Source: Lama guanicoe (taxonomy: Eukaryota). From it: a stretch of DNA of 64,000 nt. Positions 25,661 through 38,301 of the stretch are shown here, in pieces (positions within the stretch are counted from its first letter, which is position 1; each line of letters starts with the position of its first letter). Under the pieces are notes generated by a model. It was not told the origin of the DNA, made no database searches, and saw only the letters and a list, made by a program, of their open reading frames with translations. The stretch lies in NCBI GenBank assembly GCA_013239625.1, contig MU053934.1:7709352-7773351 (forward strand), read 5' to 3'. The translations under genes were made by a program, and so were the position numbers.

Positions 25661-25816
25661 CTGTTTAGAAGATCGGTCAGCTCCTCTTCCTTCAGAGAAC
25701 AACCACATTCCTGCAGCAACTTCTGCATCTGGCACAAGGCTATGTAGCCATTTCTGGATTCGTCTTGTTTGGTGAGTGCTTTGCTGACATCTTGATAATG
25801 CTCCTTCAGCTTATCC
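25661..25816 (-). CDS. EFCAB6: EFCAB6 internal coding exon, 156 nt (DKLKEHYQDVSKALTKQDESRNGYIALCQMQKLLQECGCSLKEEELTDLLN)
   Basis: Acceptor ctcttgcAG|GGAT and a weak donor CAG|GTTTTC; symmetric phase 2-2. Frame is continuous with the flanking exons. Confidence 0.88.
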
Positions 25817-26139
25817 CTGCAAGAGAATACATTTTAGACCCACAGCAAAGCCAGGAAAACGTATCATTTCTTTGAAGCAAGAGTTGCATGATCATTTCCA
25901 TGTGATGATTTGATGGTTCGCCTAACAGCTAATTTTGAAGATGCTTTGCAGCCTTGGTGTAACACTTAACACTGAATGGTATTCTGGAAAAAAAGTCAGT
26001 CTGTATCATTATCATTTGCTTGCGATTATCATTAGCAAAATTATGTCAGAGAAATGACAACCTTGTCTTTTTACTAGAATTAGTACTTTAAAAATGGAGC
26101 CAAGAATTGAAAAATCCAGTGGCATTACAGACGTGGGAA

Positions 26140-26480
26140 ATACACCTTCATTCTTTTGACAAAGACTTGTTGGGCGTTTATTATGTGGCAGGCGCTGTTC
26201 GAGGTGCGGGGTTACGTCTAGTGAATCAGATGGGCCCCCCTGGGAGAATTTACATTCCAGCTGGGGCCAGGCCGGGAGGCGAGCTGAGAGCAGGTGGAGA
26301 GGCTGAGAACGCCCACGGCAGGGGTGGGTGCATTCCCAGGAGGGAGAGCCGGTGGGCCTCCCTGGGAAGGTGACACTCAAGCAGAGACAGGAGGTGAAGG
26401 ACTCAGTGGAGGTTTTCCCCTGGAAGAATCCCCAGGCCCAGGGACAGTCTGTGCCAAGGCCCTGAGGCAGGACTGCAGGA
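26140..26480 (-). mobile_element. LINE-2 3' remnant
   Basis: ttcattc...ttattatgtggcaggcgctgttc, cagggacagtctgtgccaaggccctgaggcagga. Confidence 0.55.
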
Positions 26481-26865
26481 GTGGGGAGCAGGGGGGCCGG
26501 AGAGCCTCGGTCCCGGCAGTGTGCACTAGGGGTGGCGGTCCAGGGACCTCTTGTTTGTTGTCAGGTACTGTGTTGTACCATCTGTGCACATCCACTGGCA
26601 AACCAGCAGCCATGCTGTCTTCATGAATACTGTCCCATTTATCCTTCTCCACAGCCCCGCAAGGGGGCGGGTAATGATTGCCTCATTTTACAGACAGGAG
26701 AACCAACCGGTGCCCGGCCCACCTGGCCTCCGGGCCCGGCCAGGCTTCTCCCCCGCAGGCACAGAGGCAGCGTCCAGCTGCAGCTCCCGCTCGACCGGGC
26801 AGGCTGTTCTTGGGAACGTGTTCAAGTTTCTGATTCAGTCCTTTGGGAAAATTCTTCCCAGACTT

Positions 26866-26897
26866 AAAAAAAAAAAATATATATATATATATACACA
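26866..26897. repeat. Poly-A plus (TA)n simple repeat
   Basis: aaaaaaaaaaaatatatatatatatatacaca. Confidence 0.8.
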
Positions 26898-28854
26898 TGA
26901 GGACTAAAAAGCAAGGCCATCTTTAAGGAGCAACAAGCCCGCTCCTGACCTGGGCGGGACTGACGACATCCCACCGCCTCGGCTCTCCCAGGGCGCCACG
27001 GCGCTCTTCCCACCGCACTGAGCTTTCCGACTGGAGCTCAGCTGTGGCGGCCTTACTCATGGGAAAGAACATGCTGGAAACCCCAAGCACGAAACCTTTG
27101 CTGGTAATTGTCTACCTCTCTCCACGCGTATTTGTGGAGAGGCTAGATCCTTGAGTGTGCCTGGAAAAAACAATTCCTAGCAACAGAAAAATGGGAAACC
27201 CAGAAGAGGGGAGGTTGAGGGGATATTTGGGGTGGGGGAGGGGAGGCCGTGACTTTGGAGCTACGAGGGTCACCGTCTCCCTCCCGCCGTGGCCTCCAGT
27301 TCTGGGCTGGCTGGTGTGAGCCTTCGAGCCACTGGTAGAAACGAGCCTCATTAAACTGTCGGGTACATATTTACCAAAAGCAGCACATTTGGATTCCCTC
27401 ACAGGTGTACTTGGAATTCAGCCCCATGTTACAGAGTGATCACTCGTCATCACAGCTATCATGTTCCCCTTAATCCTTCAAAATGGAAAGCAAATGAAGG
27501 TATAAAAAAAAAATCAAAACTTTTTTGGAGATGCCTATTTTTAGAGAATGGAGGCACGCAGCACTTCTTGGACTGGTTTCTAAGCGGTAATTATTTCCCT
27601 TGCAGAGGAAATGTGTGTGCAGAGTCAGTGAGGACTGGGAGTGCAGATCCCGCCATGCTGCCAACAGGATGGGTGTCAGCCGACACGGCATCTGGTTCCT
27701 GGTCTGGACGACAGGCTGGTCCACTGTCACCACCTTGATTCTGCATCTTCAAGTCGGACTTGGGCAAAAAAGAGCAAGGCATGGAAAGCAAAGATGGGTT
27801 TAAAAAAGGATTTTTTTTAATTTAAGAAATGGATTTAGGGCATTTCAAATGAAATGAATTCTCTTATATTTAAGAGGCAAATGTAAGATTTCAGTCACTT
27901 TCATGAACATGATTCCTATTTTATCAGTCTTATTAGAATTTCAGTATAAATGAGAAGGCTAAAATTCCTGGAAACATTGCATCTTATGGATGATCTGAAA
28001 GATCCACTGACACCAAAATTGAAGAGTGGACCATCCTGAAAGGCGAGTTACTTGACAATTTCACAATCTTGACATCTTGGAGAAAAAGAAGTCGGTCATG
28101 AATTTTCATGAGTCAGGCTTGTCTCTGGGAAAGAGAGTATGGTCGAGGCAAAGAGGATGGAGTGGGTGTGAAGTCGTAACCAGGCTTGGTGATCTGGGCC
28201 GCATGGTCTGGTGGCAGGTAGGCAGCTCTTCCAGCTACAGATCCACGCTTGTGCGATGAACAGAAACAGGAAGAGAAGAAAGCGTGCAGGAGTGCCGAGG
28301 CCGAGATGCCTCTCAGAGCCTCATCGCTCACACGTGGCAGGAGGGCGGGGAGGGCCGTGGTTAATGAGGCGGGCCCTGTCTGGGTAAGATAAATTCCACT
28401 TTTTCATTGGTTCTGTGGCATATTTGATTTATACCAATCTTGTGCATATTTTTACTTGAAATTTCACAAACTCAAGTCTCTGCCTTCGGGCTTTACAACT
28501 CAGTAGCTTAGACTGAGTTCACGGGTGTTTCGAACTGCTTTTCTCTTAAACCTCACTGAGCCAGCACATCCCACCCCTGTGTCCTTGGAGCACTGATTTT
28601 CTCTGGGGATCCCTTAGTAACAGCTCATTCGCTCATTCAGAGGTGGTGGGGACAGAGAGCCGAAGGGACAGCAGGAGACAGACAAACATGCAGAAGAGTG
28701 CCATGGAGCTAAGGCAGGGCTCTGGAGTGGGGAGTAGGGTCCCAGGCCTGGGCAGTGCTGGTGGGCAGCCACCAAGGGCTGAGACTGATGGAGAAAGTCT
28801 GTCCCATTGCTTTAGGGTCACATCAGATATGGCAAAATTTTCTCCTGCCTTTAA

Positions 28855-29422
28855 TTTTCCTATTGAGGCATAACCGACATACAACATTATATGAGTTTCA
28901 GGTGAACAACATAATGACGTGGTATTTGTACACACTGTAAGATGATCGCACGGTGAGTCTTGTTACTGTCCATCACCATGCACAGGAGGGGAACTTTTCA
29001 GATCTACTCTCCAGCAACTGTCAAATATGCAGTATAGTAGTACTAACTGCAGTCACCCTGCTGCACAGCACACCCCCAGGGGTTACTTCTATCATAACGG
29101 TGAGTTGTGTCTTTCCACCTTCTTTGCCCACATCGGCATGCCCACCCCCACTGCTGGCAACCACCAATCTCTTTTCTGTATCTGTGGGCTTGGTTTTTGT
29201 TTTTTGTTTTAGATCCCACATTTCCACATATAAGTGAGAGCACATGGTTTTTGACTATCTTTGTCTGACCTATTTCACTTGGCATGATGTCCTCAAGGTC
29301 CATCCATGTAATAACAAATGGCAAGATTTCATTCTTTTTTATGGCTGAATAATATTCCACTGTGTGTTTGTGTACACATATATATATATGTATACACACA
29401 CACCACATTTTCTTTATCCATT
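28855..29422 (-). mobile_element. LINE-1 3' end (L1MA9-like)
   Basis: Minus-strand ORF2 tail YYSAIKKNEILPFVITWMDLEDIMPSEI followed by typical 3'UTR sequence. Confidence 0.85.
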
Positions 29423-30250
29423 GTTTTCACATTTTAAAATATTACATTAGTGACTAGTTTTAAACTTTGACAATAATCACGCGCAGCCCCACCCTCCAAA
29501 CACAACACGTTGCCTCCTGCATAGTGGCTTCTGGTCCCTGAGGACGGGCACATATGTTTGAGGTAGGTCCAGTCATGGTATACAGGCTGTTTAAAATTTC
29601 ATTTCCAGTTGGCCTCCTATCACAAGCACGCCCACGGTCTTCATGGTGATGGCTGTAATTGGCTTGGACCACCTCACACTCTTCGGGGCCAGACTCTGTG
29701 AGCAGTCCACTCACGTGGGACCGACAGGTGTCCCTCTGGTTGCTGTTGCTGAGGACACATTGCAAGTCATACCTTCCACCTGCTAAACTGTTGGCTTCTT
29801 CTGCAGTATTTCTTCGGGATAAAGTCCCCAAATAGAAGTACTGAGTCAACGAATGTGTTTGTTCATTTGTCCATTCTCTGGACACTGGGCCCTGGGTGTT
29901 GGCACTTTCCTGAACCAGGTAAAGCCAGGTATCGCCTCATGCAAACTGCATTCACTCCAGTTATCCACAGGAGGGGCTAGGTGCTTAGGGTGGCAAACAC
30001 CTAAAAGGTTTGATTCTCAAAGGTGACCTATAAAATTGAGTGACCTGAGAATGTGACTGGGTGAGGCGGGGCAGGCTGAGAGCTGCTCAGCTCCTCCGTG
30101 ACTCTGTGGCTTACGCCCATCTCCAGAATCTGCAGCAGTGAAGGGGTATCACAGTTGCACGACAGCTTTGCCAGCACCGGGAGGCTTCACTTTAGAGCGG
30201 CGTGGGCTGCCGGGGTGGGGGGAGAGCAGGCCCGCCACCCCCAGACTCAC

Positions 30251-30445
30251 CTGGCCGCCACGGCCCTCTCCGCGCCCCGCCGCAGCTCTCGGGCCTCTTC
30301 CTGCACCTGCTGGGGCTTAGTGAAATGCCCCATGAAGTTGAAATAGTCCTCCGTGTAGGGCCGGTGAACATCTGCTGAATAGCTAATCCCCAGTTTCTGT
30401 AAGAACTCTTGGTACGTAATGTGCCCTCTCCCCTCCGGGTCGTAG
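30251..30445 (-). CDS. EFCAB6: EFCAB6 internal coding exon, 195 nt (YDPEGRGHITYQEFLQKLGISYSADVHRPYTEDYFNFMGHFTKPQQVQEEARELRRGAERAVAA)
   Basis: Acceptor ctttaaAG|CTAC and donor CAG|GTGAGT; symmetric phase 2-2. EF-hand loop DPEGRGHITYQE. Confidence 0.94.
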
Positions 30446-30544
30446 CTTTAAAGACAAACAAACAGAACTGGTCAGTGGCGGCCGAGGGGAGGGGCTGCGG
30501 TTGTGTCAACATCCGCCCTGAACAGCCTCTAGCCCTCACACTCT

Positions 30545-30670
30545 GCCCTGCAGACCTGCAGCACCGGCCTCGCCGGGGGTCAGAAACACAGAATCTCGAG
30601 TCTCACCCCAGACCAGATCAGAATCTGCTCCTAACACAGTCCCCTGGTAATCCACTGAAACCTACCGCTC
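30545..30670. mobile_element. MER5-like fragment
   Basis: agaaacacagaatctcgagtctcaccccagaccagatcagaatctgc...taacacagtcccctggtaatc. Confidence 0.5.
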
Positions 30671-32819
30671 TGATCAGCAGGATGGTCACCCACACAAGGC
30701 GACCTTGGCCTTCCCCCCCAAGAGCAACCAGATTCGTCCACCTGTCAATCTGTTAGAAACACAGCTGTGACCACAGAAAATTGAAATCAGCCCCTCTGTG
30801 CATTCAGTGGTTTTTCAATTGAGCAGCACCTACATGTGAGAGGACCTCTGCTAAGGTTTAGAAGAAAATCCACCAAAAAAGCAGATTCAATCTTAAAACT
30901 CGAATAACTGAACGCCACTCGATTCAAATTCCCCGTTTTCTCTTTGAAGAGACGCCAATTACATACAACCAATGAGAGGGACTAGGAAGGAAAACAAGAT
31001 AAGAACTGTGCTATGTACCTTTTATGTCATTTTCTATTATTGGGATTTTTCTGAATTGTAATTCATTAAAAAGGCATAATGGAGGGTTTTTATCTCCCAG
31101 CATTATTCAAATAGAATAGAATTACTTCAATAAAAAAATCTTAAGGCAAATTGCCAATTTTCTTTAAAGAAAAAAAGCATTTATTTTTACGGCAAGATCT
31201 TGGTCCTCATCTAACCGATAAAGACGGCATTTGTGGAGGTGATTTTTCTGGGATGAACTCAGAGTTAGGAGGACCGAGATAGTGTTTGAACAATGTCTCC
31301 GGCAGAATTCCCCATCAGGCTGGATGCCGTGTGATGGAGCAGAAGTGCGGACGGCTTTCCCTTGTGAGGCAGAGCCCTCCCTCTGCTCGTTGGATGAGAC
31401 GCCAAGGACCTGGGGCCCCACGCCTGCCTCCGCCACACCCAGGCCTTTGCAACCTTTTCATTGGAGTAACAATTAGGAAACCGTATTTATTTCCCCGACT
31501 TTCTTATCCTTTGGAGGGGGGCGGTGGGGGATGACGGGTGAGCAGGTTAGGCAAACGTTTTGTGCAGAGCACCTGGGAGCTGGACCGCCGTCCATCCTTC
31601 CCCGAGGAGCCTGCAGGGCCCGGAGCCTCCCTGTCTCCCCTCCTTTCCTCTGCGCCCACGGGCCTGCCGCCTCCCCAGGCCGTGTGTCTGATGTCCACCT
31701 GCCTCACCAGCATCCGGGCCTGTTTGCATTAGGGACTCCGTCTTAGGAGGTGGGGAGATTCTCCTCCTGTGACTGAGGCAGACAGGGTGGCAAACTCTGA
31801 GTCCAACACCAGCCCAGGGGCCTCGAGACCCCGGTGAGGCCCTCACCCGCCCTGGGCTCAGCTTCCTCCCCTGCGGACCACCTGGGTGCTCCCAGGCCTG
31901 GCATCTCAGGTCAGTGCCCTGACTGTGTCCCCTTCACAAGGACTTATGAGACGCTTCACGACCTTTCCGTGTCTGTTATTAATATGACCACGGTGCTCGC
32001 AACCTCCCAAAGTACCATTCTACCGTTATTCAGTGAATTTTCTTTCTAAAACAAAACCAAGCAACCCACTCACAAAAGGAGGCTGTGGGGTCTCCAGCTC
32101 CCAAGGCCCACACTGTGATGGCTCATGTTCCAGGCGGCACGGAGGGCCTGTGCCGCTAGCAAATGGCTATTCCCACCGCTGGCGGGGAGACAGCTGTGGG
32201 CAGCAGAGTTTGTTTTCATCAGAGAACCCAAAAAGGGGAAGGTTCCATCTCCTGAGCTCCTAGAGTGATTCAAGGGCCATGGGTCTCTCACTGAACTGCG
32301 CCGGGCCTGTTACTAGCCCTGCGCCACCAGAGTGATGCTGTGACGTGACTCTGAGAAAAGATGCCCCTAGAACAAAGATCCCCATGGGCTCCCCACTCTC
32401 ACAGGAGGGCTCCTGGAAGGCCGTGCACTGACGAACAGCACCTGACGAACAGCGCCTGGCTAGGCGTGCGCACCTTCTGGAACCTCTCTCTTCCTGTGCT
32501 CCCCCTCCCCCAGATCCCTCTGGGTGTGGTGAGGGTGGAGGGGTGAGCGCGTGGGGGCGGGGGGCCAGCCTGCTGCTGCTGTTCGCCACCCAAAGGCCGG
32601 GCCACATCTGGCCTCTGACTCCACCTCTTCCGTCCAAGTCTCCTCTCCCCGACTGAAGGCAAGTTTCTAGAGGAGAAACCTGGCCTTGTTTACGTCGCTG
32701 AAGAACTCACAGTTCTCGGCGGCACGCCGCGTCATCGTGAAGGACGCGTGCCCCCAGGGGAGGGCTGCCGCCCCGGCCTGGGATGCTCCAGAGATTCCCG
32801 ACCACAAACTCTAAATCAC

Positions 32820-33260
32820 GACACTTGAACTGAATGAAAAGCCACTTCTTAATTACTTCATTAATAAAGATCATGAACATTCTATTCTCATCTCAAAGGA
32901 ATGGGAGACCAGATTGCACAATTGCAACTAAAATATTGTTATGAATGCGAATAATAAGAGAGTTAATTCAGCTTACATAACCTCGCCCTTCATGATATAA
33001 TCCTTTTGTGTAACATTAAAAAAAATCAACTTGCCTATAAAGGTTGAATTTTAAAATGGTTCGGCAACAGATGTGCCAGGAAAAATGTGCACATAAACAG
33101 AGGACCCATAAAAACTTACATTTGCATATGGCAACGGCCACTAATTTATGATATAATCAGATTACTCGGCCTGTTTATCGTACACAAAACAATTCAGTTG
33201 TACACATGATTTGAATATGTTCACACCGATTGCTTTGCTGAGAAAGTCTTACTGCTTTAC
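32820..33260. promoter_or_regulatory. Candidate developmental enhancer (AT-rich, motif-dense, no recognisable repeat)
   Basis: Octamer ATTTGCAT at 33120, P3 palindrome TAATCAGATTA at 33154, CCCATAAAA at 33105, two GGCAAC, CAGATG and AACAAT. Confidence 0.45.
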
Positions 33261-35339
33261 GCTCAGTTTAAGCACTTGAGTCTTACGTGAACACCACTGA
33301 GCCCAGATTTAGAGGGTCTGGTGTAAGCCCCCCTGACAAGCCAGGCCAGGCGGCAGAGGGAGACGTGGTCTTGTGCAGCTCGGGACATGATGGATTCTCT
33401 CGGGGGCCATCTGCCAGGGTGATCTGATGGCTCAAATTGCTGTCCTTCAGAGTACACTGTGTCCAGCTGCCCAAGGGGGTGGTACCCAATGGGCACATTC
33501 AGAAAGTCCTGGTGGAATCACAGATTAAACACCATCTGCTCCAGTCCCCACCCGGGGTCGTAATTCCGCCCCTACGCTCCCCAATAGGCCTGGGGTAAAG
33601 CCATGCCAGAGATGGGAAACCCACTCCTTCCCAGACTGCCCCGTGGAGCTCTAGCCGATTTCAGTCACTAACACATCCTTCACATGGAGCTAAGGGCCTG
33701 CCCCGGCTCGCCGAGCTGAGCCCTTCTCACACTCAGCTCTTCCAGCTCAGTCCCTACCGTCCCATTCTGCCCTCTCCCTTCTGAACTGTTCATTCAGCCT
33801 CTTCAAGCCCTTTCCCATCTCGAGGCTCTCCTTGTCCAGGTGTTCCCCCGCATGGCACCTGGTAGGCCCCTTCTAGACACTGCTGTGGCTGAGCCGAGAG
33901 CGATGACCTGACTTCATGTTAAAGCCATGAGTCTTCTTCACACAAGCTGATGCCCGTGGAACACAGGCTTTTAAAGACTTTTACACAGTCTTTTCTTTCT
34001 GTATTGAAGTACTAGTATACAACTTACCTACCAAAAAAGACATGTGCACACATTGGGCATTTTCTCCAAATCGTCCCATCAAGTGTGCCTGGCTGGCTGG
34101 CTGGCTGCACACGCTGGCCGTCGACACTGAAGTTCCCCAGACCCCTGCTTTCCTACACATTTTGATAGCACACCGTCTTCATAGTTTTTCAGGAAAGTTG
34201 GTTTCAGATCCAAAATAGCTGAGTTCTACCCAATGAACGAGGCCTCAGAAGGGGCTCAGAACACTGAGCACCCCGAAGGGATGCCCTGGTCCTGGTGTTC
34301 CCTGTGCCTGGCAGGCCGTGGGTCTCAGGTTGCTGCTGATACAGGCAGCATGCCTCCTCTCCTCCCAGGGACCTCCCACTCCCCTGCTCGGGGCCTCCTG
34401 CACACTGGGATGTCCTTTCCCCAACTCTGCTATTAACTGTTTATTAAGACTCAACTCAGGCATCGCATCTCCTGGGGGCCCCTCCCTGAACCCCCACAGC
34501 CCGGGCTGCCCGGCTCCTCCCTCCTGGCATGCTGCTGCTGTCACCCACATTTGCACGTTTGTCTTCCTGGGGAGTTGTGAGCAACCAGAGGGTGGGGGCT
34601 GTCCTCAGCTCTGCAACCCCAGAATATAGCACAGGGCTGCAGCTTAGAAAGTTTCCAAAAACTCCTACTTCATGATTGCTCCGATGAATGAATGAATGAA
34701 TGTGTTTTTATTTCGTAACTTATTCTCAGCGATCTCTCCAAAACTAAACGCGTTGCTCCTGAAATCTCTTGCTAAAAGATCCAGACCCGCTTCAGTTAGC
34801 AGGTTTCCTTTCACAACAGGCCGGAATCTTTTGTACTTTTAACCCTCACTGAGCCAGGCTCACTCAACACGCATGCTCCCCCGACTCTGTCCAGTCCCAT
34901 GCAGTGAGCTGGCGCCACTACCCAGCGCTGGGCCACGGGCTGCAGGCAGAAATGTCACTCCTGAGCTGAAGCCCGCCAAGCCTGCGGGTGGTCCTGCCTG
35001 ATCTCCAGGAAATACCCCATCTCCCTTCGCCCTTCAGTCCCTGCTGGGGAGCAATTTCCTGATCTCTGGGTAACCCCCAACCCTGCTCTTCCGGCCCAAG
35101 GCGGGCACAGCCTCCTGGCCTCTGAGTAACAGCACAGTCCCCCTCAGACTCCTGGTCCTTCTGACAGCTTTGTAATCAGCCTCTGCGTTAAGTCCCCCTT
35201 GACTGTAAATATTAGAGTGGTTTCTGCTGTCCTGCCCAGATGCTGGTAGATAAATTCCTGGAGTTTCAGCTCTCTACAATGCCCCTCTTCCCACCTCCCT
35301 CAAGGTACTTCCATCATGAGTCCCCCATCTCCGTTTCTT

Positions 35340-35635
35340 TTCCCCCTGGACACACACCCAGATTACTTCTCCCAGCAGGGGGCGTGGCCACGTGAAGGGA
35401 TTCTTAACTGCCGTTTCCAGGCCTGGTCCCTACAAAGCTGACCAGACAGTCCTCAGCGCTCTTTCCCCTGCTCAGTGGGTAGACAACAAAAGATCCAGGG
35501 GCTGGTGGACTCCTGGTCCCTGAATGACTGTGGGCAGCGCTCCCCGACAGCCACACTAAATTGTCACATTGTTATCTGGGCAAGCCCCTGGGATGTCGTC
35601 CTCGTTTGTTACACAGCTAGCCCACCCTGATCCAT
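35340..35635 (+). mobile_element. MaLR LTR remnant (MLT1J-like)
   Basis: ttccaggcctggtcc, cctggtccctgaatgactgtgggcag and the end tttgttacacagctagcccaccctga. Confidence 0.6.
35372..35385 (+). promoter_or_regulatory. Candidate CTCF site
   Basis: CCAGCAGGGGGCGT closely matches the CTCF core motif. Confidence 0.45.
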
Positions 35636-37512
35636 ACATCACTTGAGCTAACTTAGCAGAGTGAGGCACAGAGAAGTTAAGTAAGAGGCCACACAGCTGT
35701 AAGGGGTGGAGGCAGCAGTCATGACGAGACATCTGGCTGCAGAACTCCAACCGCTCACCGTCCACGAAGTACAGCCTACTAAACAAAAGTAGGCAAAATT
35801 CTGATCTCAAACAGTTTTCAGCAAAGAGTAGACATTAGTGCATTTAAAAACGTTAATACACCTATAAAGAAACTTTAGCCAAAAGCCAAACAGTGAGTGT
35901 CTCCCTTCCACAAAAATGGACATGGTCCTCTGCGCCCCCTTCAGGAAGAGAGCTACGTACGCATGCTATCCCCACAGGGACCTCTGATTCCCACTTTTCT
36001 CATTTCTGTAGCCTGCAGCCTGTCCCGTCCCTCCCTGATGGAGACCACAGTCTCCCGATGCCCACCCCCTTCATCCCTTCTCTGAATTGCTTCCTGACTC
36101 GTCATCCTAAACCATGGCTTGATCCATACCACAGCCCCACTCAAACTTCGCTGGTCCTGAACGCCTCGTTAACATCGCCGGAGGAGAGGGCTGCAGCCAC
36201 GTAATTGGCCTCCCCTTCCCCCTTCTTGGCCTGGGGCCCAGCTTGGAGAACGCCTCATCCACTGCCCCATGTGTCAGGCAGTCCTCCTGCCCCACCTTGA
36301 CCCTTGGAATGATTTCAGTATCACTCCTACCACGACGGCATCCTGCTCCGCCATGGCCCCCTGGCGCTCCTGTTCTCATCTCCCGTTCCACTTGACCTGA
36401 TCCATCTCCTGGCATTTGTAACAGTTGACGCTGCACCCCAGTATCTGGGTGGATGCTTCCTGCCCCCCGACAGCTCCCTAAGCGTCAGGATCACACAGTC
36501 AGCTCCGCATCGTCCAAAAGGTCTACACAGTGAGAGCTCCATGCACTCGCCTGCTGTACCCCAACTTTCTGATCACTCAGATGGACCTACTCATTCAGTC
36601 CATCAAAAAGGACAGAGTATGGGGAGACCAAACTGGCCCTGTGTTGGAACTGATTTAAAAAAAAAATAAGGATTTGGTAGGAACTTCAAGTTGCTTTTCT
36701 AAATTAGACACAAAACAGCCCACCTAATTCTAAACTCGGCCAACGTTCCAGCCCTCCGCTCTGAACAGATGAAAAGCTCAAACATTTCCTGAACGGCTTC
36801 GTGAGCTGCCCCTGAGAGGACATGCCATGCCGGTACGCCATCCTGGGGGAAGGCGAGTGGCAACTAACACGCAAGGAAGAAAGAGTAATTCAAAGACGGA
36901 CCTGGAACTTGGGAATGGACGGCGTCACTAGTGCATCTGGGAACCTAGACACCTCCGCAGGGGCTGTCGTAACGGGGCCTGGCTCAGAAACAGCTAAATC
37001 TAAAAGACGTTTGGAAACACGTGGCCGATGTTAGGTGCTACTTTCAGTCTAAGGCACCCTGGGGAAACGACTCCAAGTTGCCAGAAGTTTGATTATTTTC
37101 TCCCAACAAATGACTGATCTTCCACAACAGTCGTGCAGCACTAATTTCCATCTGCGGGCAGCGGGGAGACTGCTTTCCCCTTTACCCAGAGCAGGTGTGT
37201 CCGCGCAGCTGGTCATATTAGAGGCAAGCCCTCGGAGAGTGGCTTAGTTCTTTGAAACTAAGTAAAAGGGCGTGGGCAAACTCCTGGGTCCTTGGAAACG
37301 CAAACCTCTCGAGTCTAACGTTGGTGAGACACATTCACTGGTTCCCCGTGCTCCTGAAGGCCACCTGCTGGCCTGGCTGCTTTCTGTGGGGACCAGGACA
37401 GACAACAGAGGCCCCGCCCTAGCCCTGAGCAGTGAGGAAAGCCTGGTGCTGAACGGGCCGCAGCGGGCAGGGCCGCCGGGAGGGGAAAGAGCCATCTTCG
37501 GATACCACTCAC

Positions 37513-37631
37513 CTCATCCAGAGCTTCTCAAATTCCCTCGGCGTGAGCGGAATGTCAAAGCCATACAGCGCGTTCTTGATATCTCGTCGGCGAAGGATGC
37601 CGTTGCCCTCACTGTCAGTTTCTATAAAATT
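37513..37631 (-). CDS. EFCAB6: EFCAB6 internal coding exon, 119 nt (NFIETDSEGNGILRRRDIKNALYGFDIPLTPREFEKLWM)
   Basis: Acceptor ttgtAG|AAT and donor GAG|GTGAGT; phase 0 to 2. EF-hand-like loop DSEGNGILRRRD. Confidence 0.94.
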
Positions 37632-38301
37632 CTACAATGTTAGAAGACAGCCTTTAGTAACAGCTGAAATGTGCTCTGACAGTAAACAGGGTTTTCAATA
37701 ATCAATACCTGGAACAATCTAAGACATTTTTCTCCCCATCTTCCTGCATAATTAGCTTTTTATCTACGTTCCAGATCCCCACCTCCCATTCGTCTAGGAA
37801 GGTGACAGAACAAAACACGAATAAGAATTACATCCCAGGAGGGGCTTGTTGCTGGGTAATGACTGGTCTCAGGTGCGTGACCTGGATTCTTCCAGGGACC
37901 AACAACTTGGGATAAGGGTCAACCCCCCAAAAAAAAGAAAGAAAGAAAGAAAAAAGAAACAGAATAAGGGTCAACCAGAGCCTGGGCAGTGAGACTGTGG
38001 CCAACCCTGCTTTGAGGTCACCATCTCCACGATGCAGTGAATTGGGCCACCTGGCTGTCAAAGGGGAAATGAGGGCTGTGGGGCTCCAGGTGTTACGACA
38101 AGATGTTGCGGTACTGTTGTAATATCCCTGAGTGGAGCAGAAGGTATCTGGGGATTTGTCAGGCATTTAAGAGGATCACAGAGCAGGTCGCGCAAGGCAC
38201 CGAGCACTGTCTTAAATTATTTCCAGATAAAAGCTCACTCCATCCTCCTTCTAACTACACTGTGAGAAAGATGCAACAGGCGCACCTCCCTCTCCAGGCA
38301 G

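Noticed and set aside
27900..28200. Possible CR1/L3 ORF2 remnant (KIEEWTILKGELL)
   Set aside because: The similarity is too short to call without an HMM search.
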